Assembly (NCBI GenBank): GCA_963841735.1
Contig: CAWJDT010000001.1
Coordinates: 544,001-608,000, forward strand
Source: an uncultured Actinomycetes bacterium
GTDB taxonomy: Bacteria > Actinomycetota > Thermoleophilia > RBG-16-64-13
Direction of reading: 5' to 3'
Length of the DNA: 64,000 nucleotides
Position numbers and translations under genes: made by a program
Shown: one piece after another, positions 47,333 to 57,091 of the stretch
Position numbering within the stretch: position 1 is the stretch's first letter
Layout of the letters: every line of letters begins with the position of its first letter
Notes under the pieces: generated by a model
Told to the model about the DNA's origin: nothing
Seen by the model: the letters and a program-made list of their open reading frames with translations, nothing else
Database searches by the model: none

Positions 47333-49536
47333 ATCCCCCGCGCGACAAGGACGACATCTGGAGCAGTGTCGCTCCGGACGAGCCGAGCCCCGAGTCAATC
47401 GCCCCCACCCCCACCCAAGTCCGCCGATCCCCGGGCCTGCAGGCCCGGGCGACAGAGGCCCGCGGCCGTGTCGTTGCCGGCATTGTTGTTCTTTCGCTGC
47501 TGTGCGGCGTCTGTCTGGGCATGACCTACGCAGGCACCTCGTATGCCCCTAGGTACTGGCTGCCGTTCCTCATAGCTGTGGCCGCACTGGCCATAGTGAT
47601 GTCCGCGGCCGGTCCGGCTGTGCCCTCCGGCCGCTTCCAGAAGATCCTGCTTGCGCTGTTTGCGCTCCAAGCAGTCTGGACTGCCGCCAGTATCCTCTGG
47701 GCCGGCAGCCAGGCAAACGCCTGGGAGGAAATCAACCGCACCCTCTTCTATGTGGTGACCGTAGCCCTAGTCTTTACCGCCGTTCGCTGGGCCGGCCGGA
47801 CGGGCCTCAAGGCCCTGGCCCTACTCGTCCTCGGCGTCACCGCCCTCATAGCCTTTGAGACCGCCATGGGTCTGGCCGTGGCCAATGAACCCCTGGACTT
47901 CTTCGCCAGCGGACGGTTGAACCACCCCATAGCCTACTTCAACGGCCTGGCCTGCCTGTGGATGATTGGCTTCTGGCTGGCCCTCGGGATGGCCAATGGA
48001 GCGCAGCACGGCGAGGACCACCCCCCAAGCGGGCGCATCACCATTCTCCGCTCGGGCACCGGCGACCTCTCACGCTGGACCCAGCCGGTTCTGCTGGCGC
48101 TCGCCGTGTTTCTGGCCGAGATGGCTCTGCTTCCCCAGTCTCGCGGCGCCCTTTGGGCCTTCTTCTTGACCATCCCGTTCTTCGTCATACTTTCTCCCAA
48201 CCGCTTCCGCGCTTTGGTCAACCTCGTCATCGTGGTGGTGCCGGTGGTCCTCTTTTGGGACAGGCTCACCAGGGTCTTTGTGGTAGCCAATACGCCCGGC
48301 GAGCCCCTCCGCCCTGCACTGAACGGCGCGCTCGCGGCCATTGGCTATTCGATCTGCGTCGTGGTGGGAGCCTGGGCGATCACGTACGTCATGGAGCGCC
48401 TCCTCGCGCCCCTGTCCCGGCGGGTCGTCAAGTGGACCGGCATCGCTCTAATCGCCCTGCTCCTCTGTGGAACAGTGGGCGGTCTGGTCTACGCCGATCG
48501 CCGCACCGGCGACCTGGGGGGCTACCTCGACGACCGCTGGGAGGAATTCATCAGCGACTCGGGCACGGGAGACACCGACAGCCGCTTCGGGGCCATGGGA
48601 CTCAACGGCCGCTTCACTCAATGGAAGGTGGCCGCGCAGGCCTTCCGCGACCACCCGCTCCTGGGCATAGGCGCGCAAAACTTCGAGATCTACCATTACC
48701 AGCACCGCACGGTCGCGCTTGCGGTCAAGCAGCCGCACAGCCAGCCCATGCAGTTGCTGGCCGAGTTGGGTCTTCCGGGCCTCCTGCTCTGGTTAGCCTT
48801 CATCCTGGGAACCCTGGTCTATGCCGGCAGAGTACGCTTTAAGCGCGTCGGCCGCGCTCATCAGGCGGTCATCGCAGCGGTAATGACGGCCGCCATCTCC
48901 TGGTTCATCCACTCCTCGGCCGACTGGATATGGCAGCTTGCCGCGACCTCGCTCCCCGCGATGATGTTACTGGGGGGCTTGGTCGGGATGGGCCAACCCG
49001 CCACCCCACTCCCGGCCAAGGCCGGGTCCCCGGCCCCCTCTCCGCGCCTGCGCCGCGTGGCGGGTCTCACCCGGCCCCTCGCCGTCGTCCTAGCACTGGC
49101 GATAATCGTTTCGGCGGCATTGCCGTACTTCTCTCTGAAATACTGCGATTGGGCCGAATCGGCCAAAACTCTCGAAATTGCCACGGCCCGCACCGAGACC
49201 GCCGCGAAGATCGACCCCACGTCGGTCACGCCCTTCGTCGTCCGGGCCTACTCTCACTACTTTGCCGCTCTCGCCGCCCCAGAAGACTCTCTGGAACGGC
49301 TGTCCCAGTTCGAAGAGGAGGCCGCAGCGTGGGTACAGGCTATCGGACGCGAGACCCAGGGGTGGCTCTACTACTACAAGGCAGCCAGGGCCTTCTTGGC
49401 CGCCCGTGACACCGCGCTAAAGCTCTCCGCCGATTCTGCCGACACGCTTGACCAAGAGGCCCGCGCCTACCTCGCTGAAGCCCGGCGCCTGAATCCCCTG
49501 TCCCGGCAAGTGACAGCCTTGGAGAAGGATTTATAG
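47329..49536 (+). CDS. O-antigen-ligase-family membrane protein with helical C-terminal domain (candidate oligosaccharyltransferase)
   Basis: GRL..PI.YFN, QSRGA, R...W.VA..F..HPLLGIGA.NF, PHS..QLLAELG..GL and IHSS.DW.W (Wzy_C motifs). Confidence 0.85.
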   Translation: MNPPRDKDDIWSSVAPDEPSPESIAPTPTQVRRSPGLQARATEARGRVVAGIVVLSLLCGVCLGMTYAGTSYAPRYWLPFLIAVAALAIVMSAAGPAVPSGRFQKILLALFALQAVWTAASILWAGSQANAWEEINRTLFYVVTVALVFTAVRWAGRTGLKALALLVLGVTALIAFETAMGLAVANEPLDFFASGRLNHPIAYFNGLACLWMIGFWLALGMANGAQHGEDHPPSGRITILRSGTGDLSRWTQPVLLALAVFLAEMALLPQSRGALWAFFLTIPFFVILSPNRFRALVNLVIVVVPVVLFWDRLTRVFVVANTPGEPLRPALNGALAAIGYSICVVVGAWAITYVMERLLAPLSRRVVKWTGIALIALLLCGTVGGLVYADRRTGDLGGYLDDRWEEFISDSGTGDTDSRFGAMGLNGRFTQWKVAAQAFRDHPLLGIGAQNFEIYHYQHRTVALAVKQPHSQPMQLLAELGLPGLLLWLAFILGTLVYAGRVRFKRVGRAHQAVIAAVMTAAISWFIHSSADWIWQLAATSLPAMMLLGGLVGMGQPATPLPAKAGSPAPSPRLRRVAGLTRPLAVVLALAIIVSAALPYFSLKYCDWAESAKTLEIATARTETAAKIDPTSVTPFVVRAYSHYFAALAAPEDSLERLSQFEEEAAAWVQAIGRETQGWLYYYKAARAFLAARDTALKLSADSADTLDQEARAYLAEARRLNPLSRQVTALEKDL

Positions 49537-49565
49537 CAGGTGACAAGAAATATGCGAAAGTGTAG

Positions 49566-49595
49566 TTGACATGACGGAGGGTCTTCGGCTATGCT
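49566..49595 (+). promoter_or_regulatory. Near-consensus sigma70 promoter
   Basis: TTGACA (49566-71), 18 bp, TATGCT (49590-95). Confidence 0.7.
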
Positions 49596-49710
49596 CAAGC
49601 GTGGTTGACTCGTGTTGGGGATTTCTTGCCTCTGCAGCACCGCGAGCACTGGCTCTGGATAGGATACACAGGGGTCAACGAGTGAACAAACTGGGTGAAG
49701 GGAGTTGGGT

Positions 49711-50061
49711 ATGGGAAAAGTTGTATTGATTGCTATTACTACTCTGGTGCTGGTTCTGGGGCTTAGCGGGGTGGCGTTGGCCGCTACTCCAGACGATATC
49801 TACGCCGATTTTGCGGCCGATGGTGTTCTTGACGGAACGTACACCACAGCGGAACTCGAGGCTTATCTGTCGAGTGAGCTGCAGGATCAGTACGCCGACC
49901 CGGACAAGGTGGCCGATCTGGATGCGCTGGTCACGGCACTGCTTGAGGGCGAGGACGAATTCCCAATGACAGGCGCGCAGTTGGCCATCATTGGCTTTGG
50001 TGCCCTGGCTCTAGTGGGTGTCGGCTTTGGACTTCGCCGCGTGGCACGGTCGCGGGCGTAG
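49711..50061 (+). CDS. Small secreted acidic protein with LPxTG-like (FPMTG) C-terminal sorting signal
   Basis: AAGGGAG RBS; signal peptide ending ALA-A; acidic core of about 60 aa; FPMTG, 20-aa hydrophobic helix, RRVARSRA tail. Confidence 0.8.
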   Translation: MGKVVLIAITTLVLVLGLSGVALAATPDDIYADFAADGVLDGTYTTAELEAYLSSELQDQYADPDKVADLDALVTALLEGEDEFPMTGAQLAIIGFGALALVGVGFGLRRVARSRA

Positions 50062-50115
50062 TAACAGGTTCTAAAGGAGCGGGTTTCCAACCCACGCACC
50101 CTTAGTAGTGATTGA

Positions 50116-50150
50116 AAAACCCCGCTTGCGAAAGTAAGCGGGGTTTTCTT
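50116..50150 (+). terminator. Intrinsic terminator (possibly bidirectional)
   Basis: AAAACCCCGCTTGC-GAAA-GTAAGCGGGGTTTT followed by CTT. Confidence 0.88.
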
Positions 50151-50194
50151 ATGCCATAGGCCGGTCCGCATCGTAGGGGGAGAAACGAGAGCAC

Positions 50195-51721
50195 GTGAAG
50201 ACTATCGTGGAGAGAGAAGCTTGGGCACCGGACAGGGCGGCGGAACGCGCCTACTTGTATCCCCGCAGGTTATTGGTGGTGGGCGACCTGGTGGCCGCCT
50301 GCATCTCTCTGTCGGTGATGTTCCTCATCCTGCAGAAGAACAGCACCGGGAACACCCGAACCGGAGTCACTCTGCTGTTGGGCGGGTTGAGCGTGATTGT
50401 CACCCTGGGCCTGCAGTTGAGCTCAGGGCAGTACACTCGCCGCAGCCGGCTGTCGGCGCTGTCCAGCGTGGGCACCCTGCTGCGCGATCTTGTCATAGGC
50501 ACCGCGGCGGCCGCTCTACTCAGCTATATCACCAAGGGCTTCTTCACCGGCATCACCACTCCCTCCCGGCTGGCTGTGGGAATGCTGCTGGAGTCGTTCT
50601 TTCTGCTTGGCGTGGTGGTGCGCATGGGCGCCAGCGTATACCAGCGCTGGCAATTTGTACGGGGCAAGACGGTGCGCCGCCTCCTTGTGCTGGGAACCGG
50701 CCACGCGGCCGCGGATTTTGTCGGTTTCATCCACAACCGCCCCTGGCTGGGAGTGGTGGTCACCGGGCGGCTGACCTGCTGCTCCGAGGGCGGTGCCGTT
50801 CAGGACTCTGCGCTCAGCGCCGCTACCCCAGCCGGCTCCACCGATGCGCTCCTACCGCTTACCGCTCTCCCCGCTGGTCTTGAGGGGCTGGAGACTCTGC
50901 ATGAGGCCCTGCGCCTCTCCGGAGCTTCCGAGGTTGTGGTGGCGCTCGACACCCCCGACCACGACAAACTCCCCATGGTCACCCGGCTGCTGGACCTTGG
51001 CCACGTTCCCTTCAAGGTGATCCCCTCCCTCTTCGCGCAGACCTACCGGGCCACCGAACTCCTGGGCTACGCCGAGATTCCGGTGATTGACGTCAACGTT
51101 GACGCCATTGATTCTGTCCACCGTTTTTGGAAACGAGCCATCGACTTGGTTGTCGCCACGGGTGCCCTTACGCTGCTGCTGCCCCTGGAGTTGATGATCG
51201 GGATCGCCATCGCCGCCGAGAGCGGCTTTCCTGTGACCTACAAGCAGCAGCGCGTGGGCAAGAACGGCCGCCACTTTACCATGTACAAGTTCCGCACCAT
51301 GAGCAAAGACGCCGAAGCCCGTTTGGAGACTTTGCAGGCGCAGAACGAAGCCGACACAGCGGGCCGCATGTTCAAAATACGCGCCGACCCACGGATCACC
51401 CGAGTGGGAGCCTTGCTACGCAAGTTCAGCCTGGATGAGCTGCCGCAACTGGTCAACGTGCTCCGCAACGACATGAGCATGGTGGGGCCCCGGCCACCCC
51501 TGCCGGGAGAGGTCCAGAACTACGAGGAGCAGCACCTCTACCGGCTGAAGGCCATCCCCGGCGTCACGGGCCTGTGGCAGATCTCTGGTCGTAGCGACCT
51601 GGACTTCGAAGACATGGTGCGCCTCGACCGCTACTACATGGACAATTGGTCCCTGGGCCTGGACCTCAGCATCCTGCTGCGCACGGTGTGGGTGGTGTTG
51701 AACCGCAAGGGCGCCTGCTAG
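50195..51721 (+). CDS. Second priming sugar transferase (WcaJ/CpsE-like)
   Basis: KRAID, YKFRTM, DPRITRVG, SLDELPQL.NVL..DMSMVGPRP and PGVTGLWQISGRS. Confidence 0.92.
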   Translation: MKTIVEREAWAPDRAAERAYLYPRRLLVVGDLVAACISLSVMFLILQKNSTGNTRTGVTLLLGGLSVIVTLGLQLSSGQYTRRSRLSALSSVGTLLRDLVIGTAAAALLSYITKGFFTGITTPSRLAVGMLLESFFLLGVVVRMGASVYQRWQFVRGKTVRRLLVLGTGHAAADFVGFIHNRPWLGVVVTGRLTCCSEGGAVQDSALSAATPAGSTDALLPLTALPAGLEGLETLHEALRLSGASEVVVALDTPDHDKLPMVTRLLDLGHVPFKVIPSLFAQTYRATELLGYAEIPVIDVNVDAIDSVHRFWKRAIDLVVATGALTLLLPLELMIGIAIAAESGFPVTYKQQRVGKNGRHFTMYKFRTMSKDAEARLETLQAQNEADTAGRMFKIRADPRITRVGALLRKFSLDELPQLVNVLRNDMSMVGPRPPLPGEVQNYEEQHLYRLKAIPGVTGLWQISGRSDLDFEDMVRLDRYYMDNWSLGLDLSILLRTVWVVLNRKGAC

Positions 51722-53325
51722 GCGCCGGCCTCCTCCGAACCGTAACCGTAGCCATAACCCCGCTTGCGGTAGTAGCCCTCGCTCTTCTCGGTGCCTGTAG
51801 CCACAGCGCCTATGACCCTGGTTCCCGACCGTTCAAAGAGGTCGCGCATCTCCCTTACCAGGTCCTTGGTGACGGTGCCCAGACGAGCCACCACAATCAC
51901 CCCGTCGGCGTGGCGGGCGATGGACAGTGCGTCCGACACGGCGAGCACTGGGGCGGTATCTATCAGCAGACAATCGGTCATGCCGGCGAGGTCTTTGATC
52001 AGCTTGGCCATGCGGTCGGAGGCCAGCAGTTCGGCCGGGTTGGGCGGCAGCGGGCCCGCTGCTATGGCATAGATGTTGCGCTGCAGCAGACCGGGCTGCT
52101 CCTCGCCTTCGCGGCGCCGGCTGCCCGAGGGCATGAACTCGTCGGCTTTGACGAACTGCAGAACGTCGCCCATACGCTTGGTGCCCGCCAACAGGTTCGA
52201 CAGCCCCGGGTTCTGGTTGACGCCCAGGTACTCATGCACCATGGGCCGGCGCAGGTCGGCCTCCAGCACCACCACACGCTTGCCCGAGAGAGCCAGAGAG
52301 AGGCCCAGGTTGACCGTGGTGCTGGTCTTACCCTCATGCGGGGAGGCACTGGTGATAAGCCAGATGCTCTGGCGGTTGTCCAGACTGAAGTACTGCAGAT
52401 TGGAGCGCAGTGTACGAAACGCCTCCAGAAGCGCGCCGCTGTGCTTGAAACCCACCCATTCCCTGGTGCCATCGGCGCTCGCGTTCGGGCGCCGCCGCTT
52501 GCCCACCATGGGCACGTTTGCCAGCACCGGCACTCCCAGCTCGAGCTCAAGCGTCTTCTCGTCCTTGATCCTGCGATCCATGTAGTCCAGCAAGAAGGCG
52601 AGGGCCACGCCCAACACCAGCCCCAGCACCAGCGCGATGATGGCGTTGCGGGTAGTCTGGGGTGCGAAGGGGAAGGAGGGGGCGACGGCCGGCTGAACGA
52701 CGGTGTAGCCGCCGTTCTGCATGGCCTCCATGATGCGCAGATTCTCGTACTTCTCGGTGAGCATCACTCCCCGGCTTGAAGCCTTCTCTTGGGCCGACAT
52801 CGTGTCGAGTTCCGTCTTTACCTGCTCCCGCGCTGCGGCCACCGTGGCCCTGTCTGTGGTCTGGCGCGAAAGCATGAATAGCTCAGCGAACGTGTTGGCT
52901 ACGGCCGCGGCCTCCGCCGGGTCTGAACTCACCGCCTCGAAGTCGAGGATATAGGTGTTGGTGCGCGGGCTGACACTCACCATGCCTAGCAGCGCCTCGG
53001 CGCTGCGGGGCGACGCCAACTTGTCTTTGACGTCCTGGGCAAGCGACAACCCCACCAGCAGGGCGGCGGTCTGCACTTCACGGTCTTGGTTGGGCGTGGT
53101 GAAGGCCTGTGACCCAAAGAGAGACTGTTCCAGGTTGTTCTTCTTGAATTCCAGGCGCGCCGAGGCCCTATACTGAGAAGTCGAGGTAAGAGATACGGCC
53201 AAAGTGGCCACCAGCACTATCACCACAGCGGCGGCGATGATCCAAAAGCGCTCTCTTATGACCCGGAAATAGTCGGTCAGCCCGAGTGGCTCTTTGCTTT
53301 CGACGTCATCTCCGTTCATGCTCAT
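51718..53325 (-). CDS. Polysaccharide co-polymerase/tyrosine autokinase (Wzz + BY-kinase fusion)
   Basis: Two TM helices, EAFRTLRSNL, TSASPHEGKT, EADLRRP, PPNPAELL, IDTAP and Tyr-rich tail YY..GYGYGY. Confidence 0.92.
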   Translation of the reverse strand: MSMNGDDVESKEPLGLTDYFRVIRERFWIIAAAVVIVLVATLAVSLTSTSQYRASARLEFKKNNLEQSLFGSQAFTTPNQDREVQTAALLVGLSLAQDVKDKLASPRSAEALLGMVSVSPRTNTYILDFEAVSSDPAEAAAVANTFAELFMLSRQTTDRATVAAAREQVKTELDTMSAQEKASSRGVMLTEKYENLRIMEAMQNGGYTVVQPAVAPSFPFAPQTTRNAIIALVLGLVLGVALAFLLDYMDRRIKDEKTLELELGVPVLANVPMVGKRRRPNASADGTREWVGFKHSGALLEAFRTLRSNLQYFSLDNRQSIWLITSASPHEGKTSTTVNLGLSLALSGKRVVVLEADLRRPMVHEYLGVNQNPGLSNLLAGTKRMGDVLQFVKADEFMPSGSRRREGEEQPGLLQRNIYAIAAGPLPPNPAELLASDRMAKLIKDLAGMTDCLLIDTAPVLAVSDALSIARHADGVIVVARLGTVTKDLVREMRDLFERSGTRVIGAVATGTEKSEGYYRKRGYGYGYGSEEAGA

Positions 53326-54122
53326 ACACTATCACGCTCCTTCCGGCGCCGCAGTCCCCACGACCGCGTTTTGCCATTCCCCAACACCGATATCGCCCGC
53401 AGGCTTTCCCCGGCCAGCAGCCGGGCCGGATTGACTCGGGTAAGCAGAGCAAGGCCCTCCTCGTCCACAAAGCCGGCAAGCCCTGCCATCATGGTCTCCA
53501 TGGTCCAGCCGTCCGTCCGATAGGCATGGGCATCGGACGCAAGCAGCCTCACGTGCCCCTCCGAGAGCAGCCTGCGGAGGGTCTGTGCCGGACTCCGCCC
53601 AAACTCACCGGTAAGGCTGGCCGCCGTGCCTTGGGCGACCGCCCCTGCCTTCAGACAGCCTACCAGAAGGTCCGACGACCTCTGAAGACGATCGTTGCGC
53701 TCGGGGTGAGCGAGCACCGGCCTGAAGCCGTTAGTAGCCAGCCTGAACACCAAGTCTTCCATGAACACAGGCCACCCGGAATAGGGCATCTCCAAGAGGA
53801 GCGCCCCGTTCGAGCCTTCGATGGTCAGAACCTCCAGCTCCTCCGCGCCCACCGCCGAGGCGACGCTGAGATCCACCTCGAACCCCAGCACAAGGGTTAG
53901 CTCGATGCCCGCCGCCGCAACCGCGCCCCGCATCTCCTCCATAGCCGCCTGGGTCCGACGGATGTGCGCCTCGTCCCAATCGGGCAGATGGGGAGTGCAG
54001 ACCACCGTGCCGATACCCGACGCCGCGGCGGCGCTTGCCATCTGCAGGCTGGTCTCCATATCGGGGCTGCCGTGATCCACCCCCGGCAGAAGATGCGAGT
54101 GCGTATCGATCAAATCAAACAA
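53322..54122 (-). CDS. CpsB/CapC PHP-family tyrosine phosphatase
   Basis: IDTHSHLLPGVD.GS, TPH, LLEMP, LAHPERN and ASDAH; GGAGG before TTG. Confidence 0.9.
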   Translation of the reverse strand: MFDLIDTHSHLLPGVDHGSPDMETSLQMASAAAASGIGTVVCTPHLPDWDEAHIRRTQAAMEEMRGAVAAAGIELTLVLGFEVDLSVASAVGAEELEVLTIEGSNGALLLEMPYSGWPVFMEDLVFRLATNGFRPVLAHPERNDRLQRSSDLLVGCLKAGAVAQGTAASLTGEFGRSPAQTLRRLLSEGHVRLLASDAHAYRTDGWTMETMMAGLAGFVDEEGLALLTRVNPARLLAGESLRAISVLGNGKTRSWGLRRRKERDSV

Positions 54123-54241
54123 CGATCCTCCATACACTACGATGCAAACAGGGTACCGGCGACCAAAAGCGAACATACTATATATCCTGGGCATGGGTCC
54201 CGATACTAGGCGTGCACAAAAGGGGCAGAGGAGTGTTCAAA

Positions 54242-56047
54242 ATGCCTGAGCTATTTGGAAGTCCCTACATCGTGCCGGCCATCGCCGTGGTGGTCGTGCT
54301 GATGCTTGTGTTGGTGCTACTGCGGGTGCGCGCGAAGCGAAAACTAGACGTCAAGGCCCGCAACGGCAAAGCCACCGGTGCGGCCCAAGTGACCACCAAC
54401 TCCCAGACGACTCGGGGCCCCGCTCCTGTACCGGGCCTTGAGCCTGCCGGCAAGCCGGACAAACGTGCCCTACGAGCCGCGGCCCAGGCCCAAAAGGCCG
54501 AGGCGCAGGCCCAAAGAGCGGAGGCGCAGGCCCAGGCGCAGGCCGCCCGCTCAGCGGACAAGGCTGCCCGCTCGGGCAAAGGCCGTAGCCGCCGGGGTGA
54601 AACAGGCGGTACGCCGGCCGACCTCGATACAGAAATGGACTACTTAACGGATGAACTGCCCGAGGCGGAAGCTGCCGCCTTCACCCCGGGCGGGGGCAAT
54701 CTTGGCGCGGGCACCGCGGCCGGGCTGGGCGCGGCGGCCACGATCGAGACCGCCAACGCGGGCACAATACCGCTGCCCCCGCTGTGGCCCGACGCAGCCA
54801 CCCCTGAGGCTGCCGCTCCCCTTCCCGAAGAAGATCTTTACGCCCCCCCCGCGGCCATCGCCGAGCACCGCCCTCGCTCTGGGCGCGGCGGGCAACCTGC
54901 ACCAAAGAAGGACGTGCTGGCGGCCTCCGATCCCGTGCGCATGGTCGTTGCCGACATCCTGGCAGGTTGGGGTGACCTAGCTGCCGAAGACACCAACCGC
55001 CTGGAAGTGTTCCGGCCCGAACGGGTTATGGCCGCCATATCCGCGGCCGAACTGCCCAAGGACCTGAAGAACAGTGAGTATGCCCGTACGCGTCTGACTC
55101 AGCTCCGACGGTACGCCGCCTATCTCGAGCACGGAGACGAAAGACCCATCGTTGCCACCTCGGAGCATGAGTTCAGCGGACTTGCCGGCGAACGACTCAG
55201 CGCGACTGCTCCGAAGGCCGCTGCGAACGCAGGCGCTGTCGCTGTCGCGCCGGCGGTTGGAGCCGCGCCGGTGGTTGGAGCCGAACCGGTGGCCTTCGCC
55301 GTCGATGGCTCTTCAGCGCCGGACGGCCTCACCCCAGCCGCCCCAGCCGTCCCCGCCGTCCCCGCCTCTGACGTCGCCTCGCCAACCACTTCGGCCGCGA
55401 CATCTGACACCGGCTCCGTCGCCCCCGCCGCCCGCGAGTCCGATATCGCACATGCCAACAAATCCACCGAGGCAGCTATCGCCGCCGCGGCCGCCGCATT
55501 CTGGGCGCGTTCGGACGCCCCCGCCCGGCCGCCGGCGCAATCCGAGCTCGCTACTCCCGCGGATCCCGTCCAAACGGAACCCGTCCCCGGCGTCAAGGCC
55601 TCCCCTCTCAATGTCTGGGCCACCGACGAAGTTCTGCCTCATCCACCGGTTGCCGAGAAGCCCATCCTGCAATGGGAGCCGCTGGTGCCCCCTGCCGACA
55701 TACCTGCCGCCCCGCCCACCAAGGCCGGTCCCGGCCCCGCGGAGACGGCTCGCTCGCACGACGACTTCCTGAAGAGTATGGGTGGCAAGATCAGCACGGC
55801 CGCCGGTCTAATGGCTCTTCCCCTCGCGGATCGCGAGGAGATGCTCGTGTTACTAGGGCCAGACGAACTGGCCAAGGCGTTCGCGGCCGCGGAGAATTCG
55901 GAGTTCAAGAAGAACGTGATAGACGCTCTGGAGGACATCGGTACCTCCTCGGCCTTGGATGTCATACACAGCTGCCTGGAAGATCCCGATCCCGAAGTGC
56001 AGATCCACGCCCTGGATGCCGCCGACCGGCTGCTCGCGGCCGACTAG
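54242..56047 (+). CDS. Single-pass membrane protein, Ala/Pro-rich, C-terminal HEAT-like repeat
   Basis: N-terminal TM plus basic stop-transfer; low-complexity linkers; ALEDIG..ALD.I..CLEDPDPEVQ.HALDA. Confidence 0.65.
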   Translation: MPELFGSPYIVPAIAVVVVLMLVLVLLRVRAKRKLDVKARNGKATGAAQVTTNSQTTRGPAPVPGLEPAGKPDKRALRAAAQAQKAEAQAQRAEAQAQAQAARSADKAARSGKGRSRRGETGGTPADLDTEMDYLTDELPEAEAAAFTPGGGNLGAGTAAGLGAAATIETANAGTIPLPPLWPDAATPEAAAPLPEEDLYAPPAAIAEHRPRSGRGGQPAPKKDVLAASDPVRMVVADILAGWGDLAAEDTNRLEVFRPERVMAAISAAELPKDLKNSEYARTRLTQLRRYAAYLEHGDERPIVATSEHEFSGLAGERLSATAPKAAANAGAVAVAPAVGAAPVVGAEPVAFAVDGSSAPDGLTPAAPAVPAVPASDVASPTTSAATSDTGSVAPAARESDIAHANKSTEAAIAAAAAAFWARSDAPARPPAQSELATPADPVQTEPVPGVKASPLNVWATDEVLPHPPVAEKPILQWEPLVPPADIPAAPPTKAGPGPAETARSHDDFLKSMGGKISTAAGLMALPLADREEMLVLLGPDELAKAFAAAENSEFKKNVIDALEDIGTSSALDVIHSCLEDPDPEVQIHALDAADRLLAAD

Positions 56048-56060
56048 GGGCCGACCCGAC

Positions 56061-57029
56061 TTACGGGCTGACCAGGAGCTTCCGTCCGATCTGCCTAGCC
56101 CGGGCTTTGACCTCGTCCCCGTCGAGGCCGGGCCTCCACGCCACAAACGTGCAACGCTTCTCGAGGTCGAGAGGTTGAGCCCACAGGTCCACCCCGCTAA
56201 AGGTGGCGGCATCCCCGCCCGCCTCGCGCAAGATCAGCAGCCCGGCGGCCAGGTCCACCGACCGGGATCTCACCGCCGCCACCAGGATGTCGGCCACTCC
56301 CACCGCCACATAGCAGAGCGAGAGGGCCAGCGACCCTATCTGCCTAATGCGCATCTCTGGACTCCGGCCACACGCCCCCATGGCACTAAGCTCCCGATAC
56401 TCGAACTGATGCCTGTCCGGCCTGCCCGCCTCCAGCAGCACGATCTCAACGGTGTCGGCCGCGGCGCCGACCAAGCCTGACCCGGCAGGCACCACGTGCG
56501 CACCCTGCACGCCCTGCACCGCTTGCGCCCCCTGCACCGCCTGCGCCGGCGGGCTCACCGACAGCAACCCTGCTCCCTTCACCGCCGCGAAAGCCCGCGG
56601 CCGTGTGTAATCTTCGATGTAGCCCACGGTGACGTCGGCAAACGTGCCTCCGTTTGCCACCGCGACCGAAGCTCCGAACGGCTCGAGTCCACGCTTGGCG
56701 TTCAGGCTGCCGTCAAGAGGATCCACGATCACCCACCAATCGGCATCTTCCGGACCGGTGGCACCCGACTCCTCCGACACCAACCGGTAGGCATACGGCG
56801 CTTCATCTGCCAGAACCCGGTGTATGGATGTCTCACACGCCCGGTCTATCTCCATGGTGCGGTCTCCCCCCGCGCCCCGGCCCAGCATAGTCCGGCCGAG
56901 AGCAGTGCCGTAGAGAGGAAGCGCGGCTTTCTTTCCGGCGGCGCCCATCCGCGTGACGCAGGCCAGCCACCTCTCTTCGTCGCTGGTAAGAGGTCGACGT
57001 CCGCTCATGGACATTGGCAAGATAGGCAT
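56061..57029 (-). CDS. Inositol monophosphatase/FBPase family protein; start uncertain
   Basis: GAGGD.T..ID, VSEESG, VDPLDGSLNA, R.IGSLAL.LC.VA and DLAAG..I.REAGG. Confidence 0.88.
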   Translation of the reverse strand: MPILPMSMSGRRPLTSDEERWLACVTRMGAAGKKAALPLYGTALGRTMLGRGAGGDRTMEIDRACETSIHRVLADEAPYAYRLVSEESGATGPEDADWWVIVDPLDGSLNAKRGLEPFGASVAVANGGTFADVTVGYIEDYTRPRAFAAVKGAGLLSVSPPAQAVQGAQAVQGVQGAHVVPAGSGLVGAAADTVEIVLLEAGRPDRHQFEYRELSAMGACGRSPEMRIRQIGSLALSLCYVAVGVADILVAAVRSRSVDLAAGLLILREAGGDAATFSGVDLWAQPLDLEKRCTFVAWRPGLDGDEVKARARQIGRKLLVSP

Positions 57030-57091
57030 AGGGTGGTCATGTCGGCGTTCAACATAGCACTCTGAGGCGGCTGCCGGGTTACCATGGTGCT

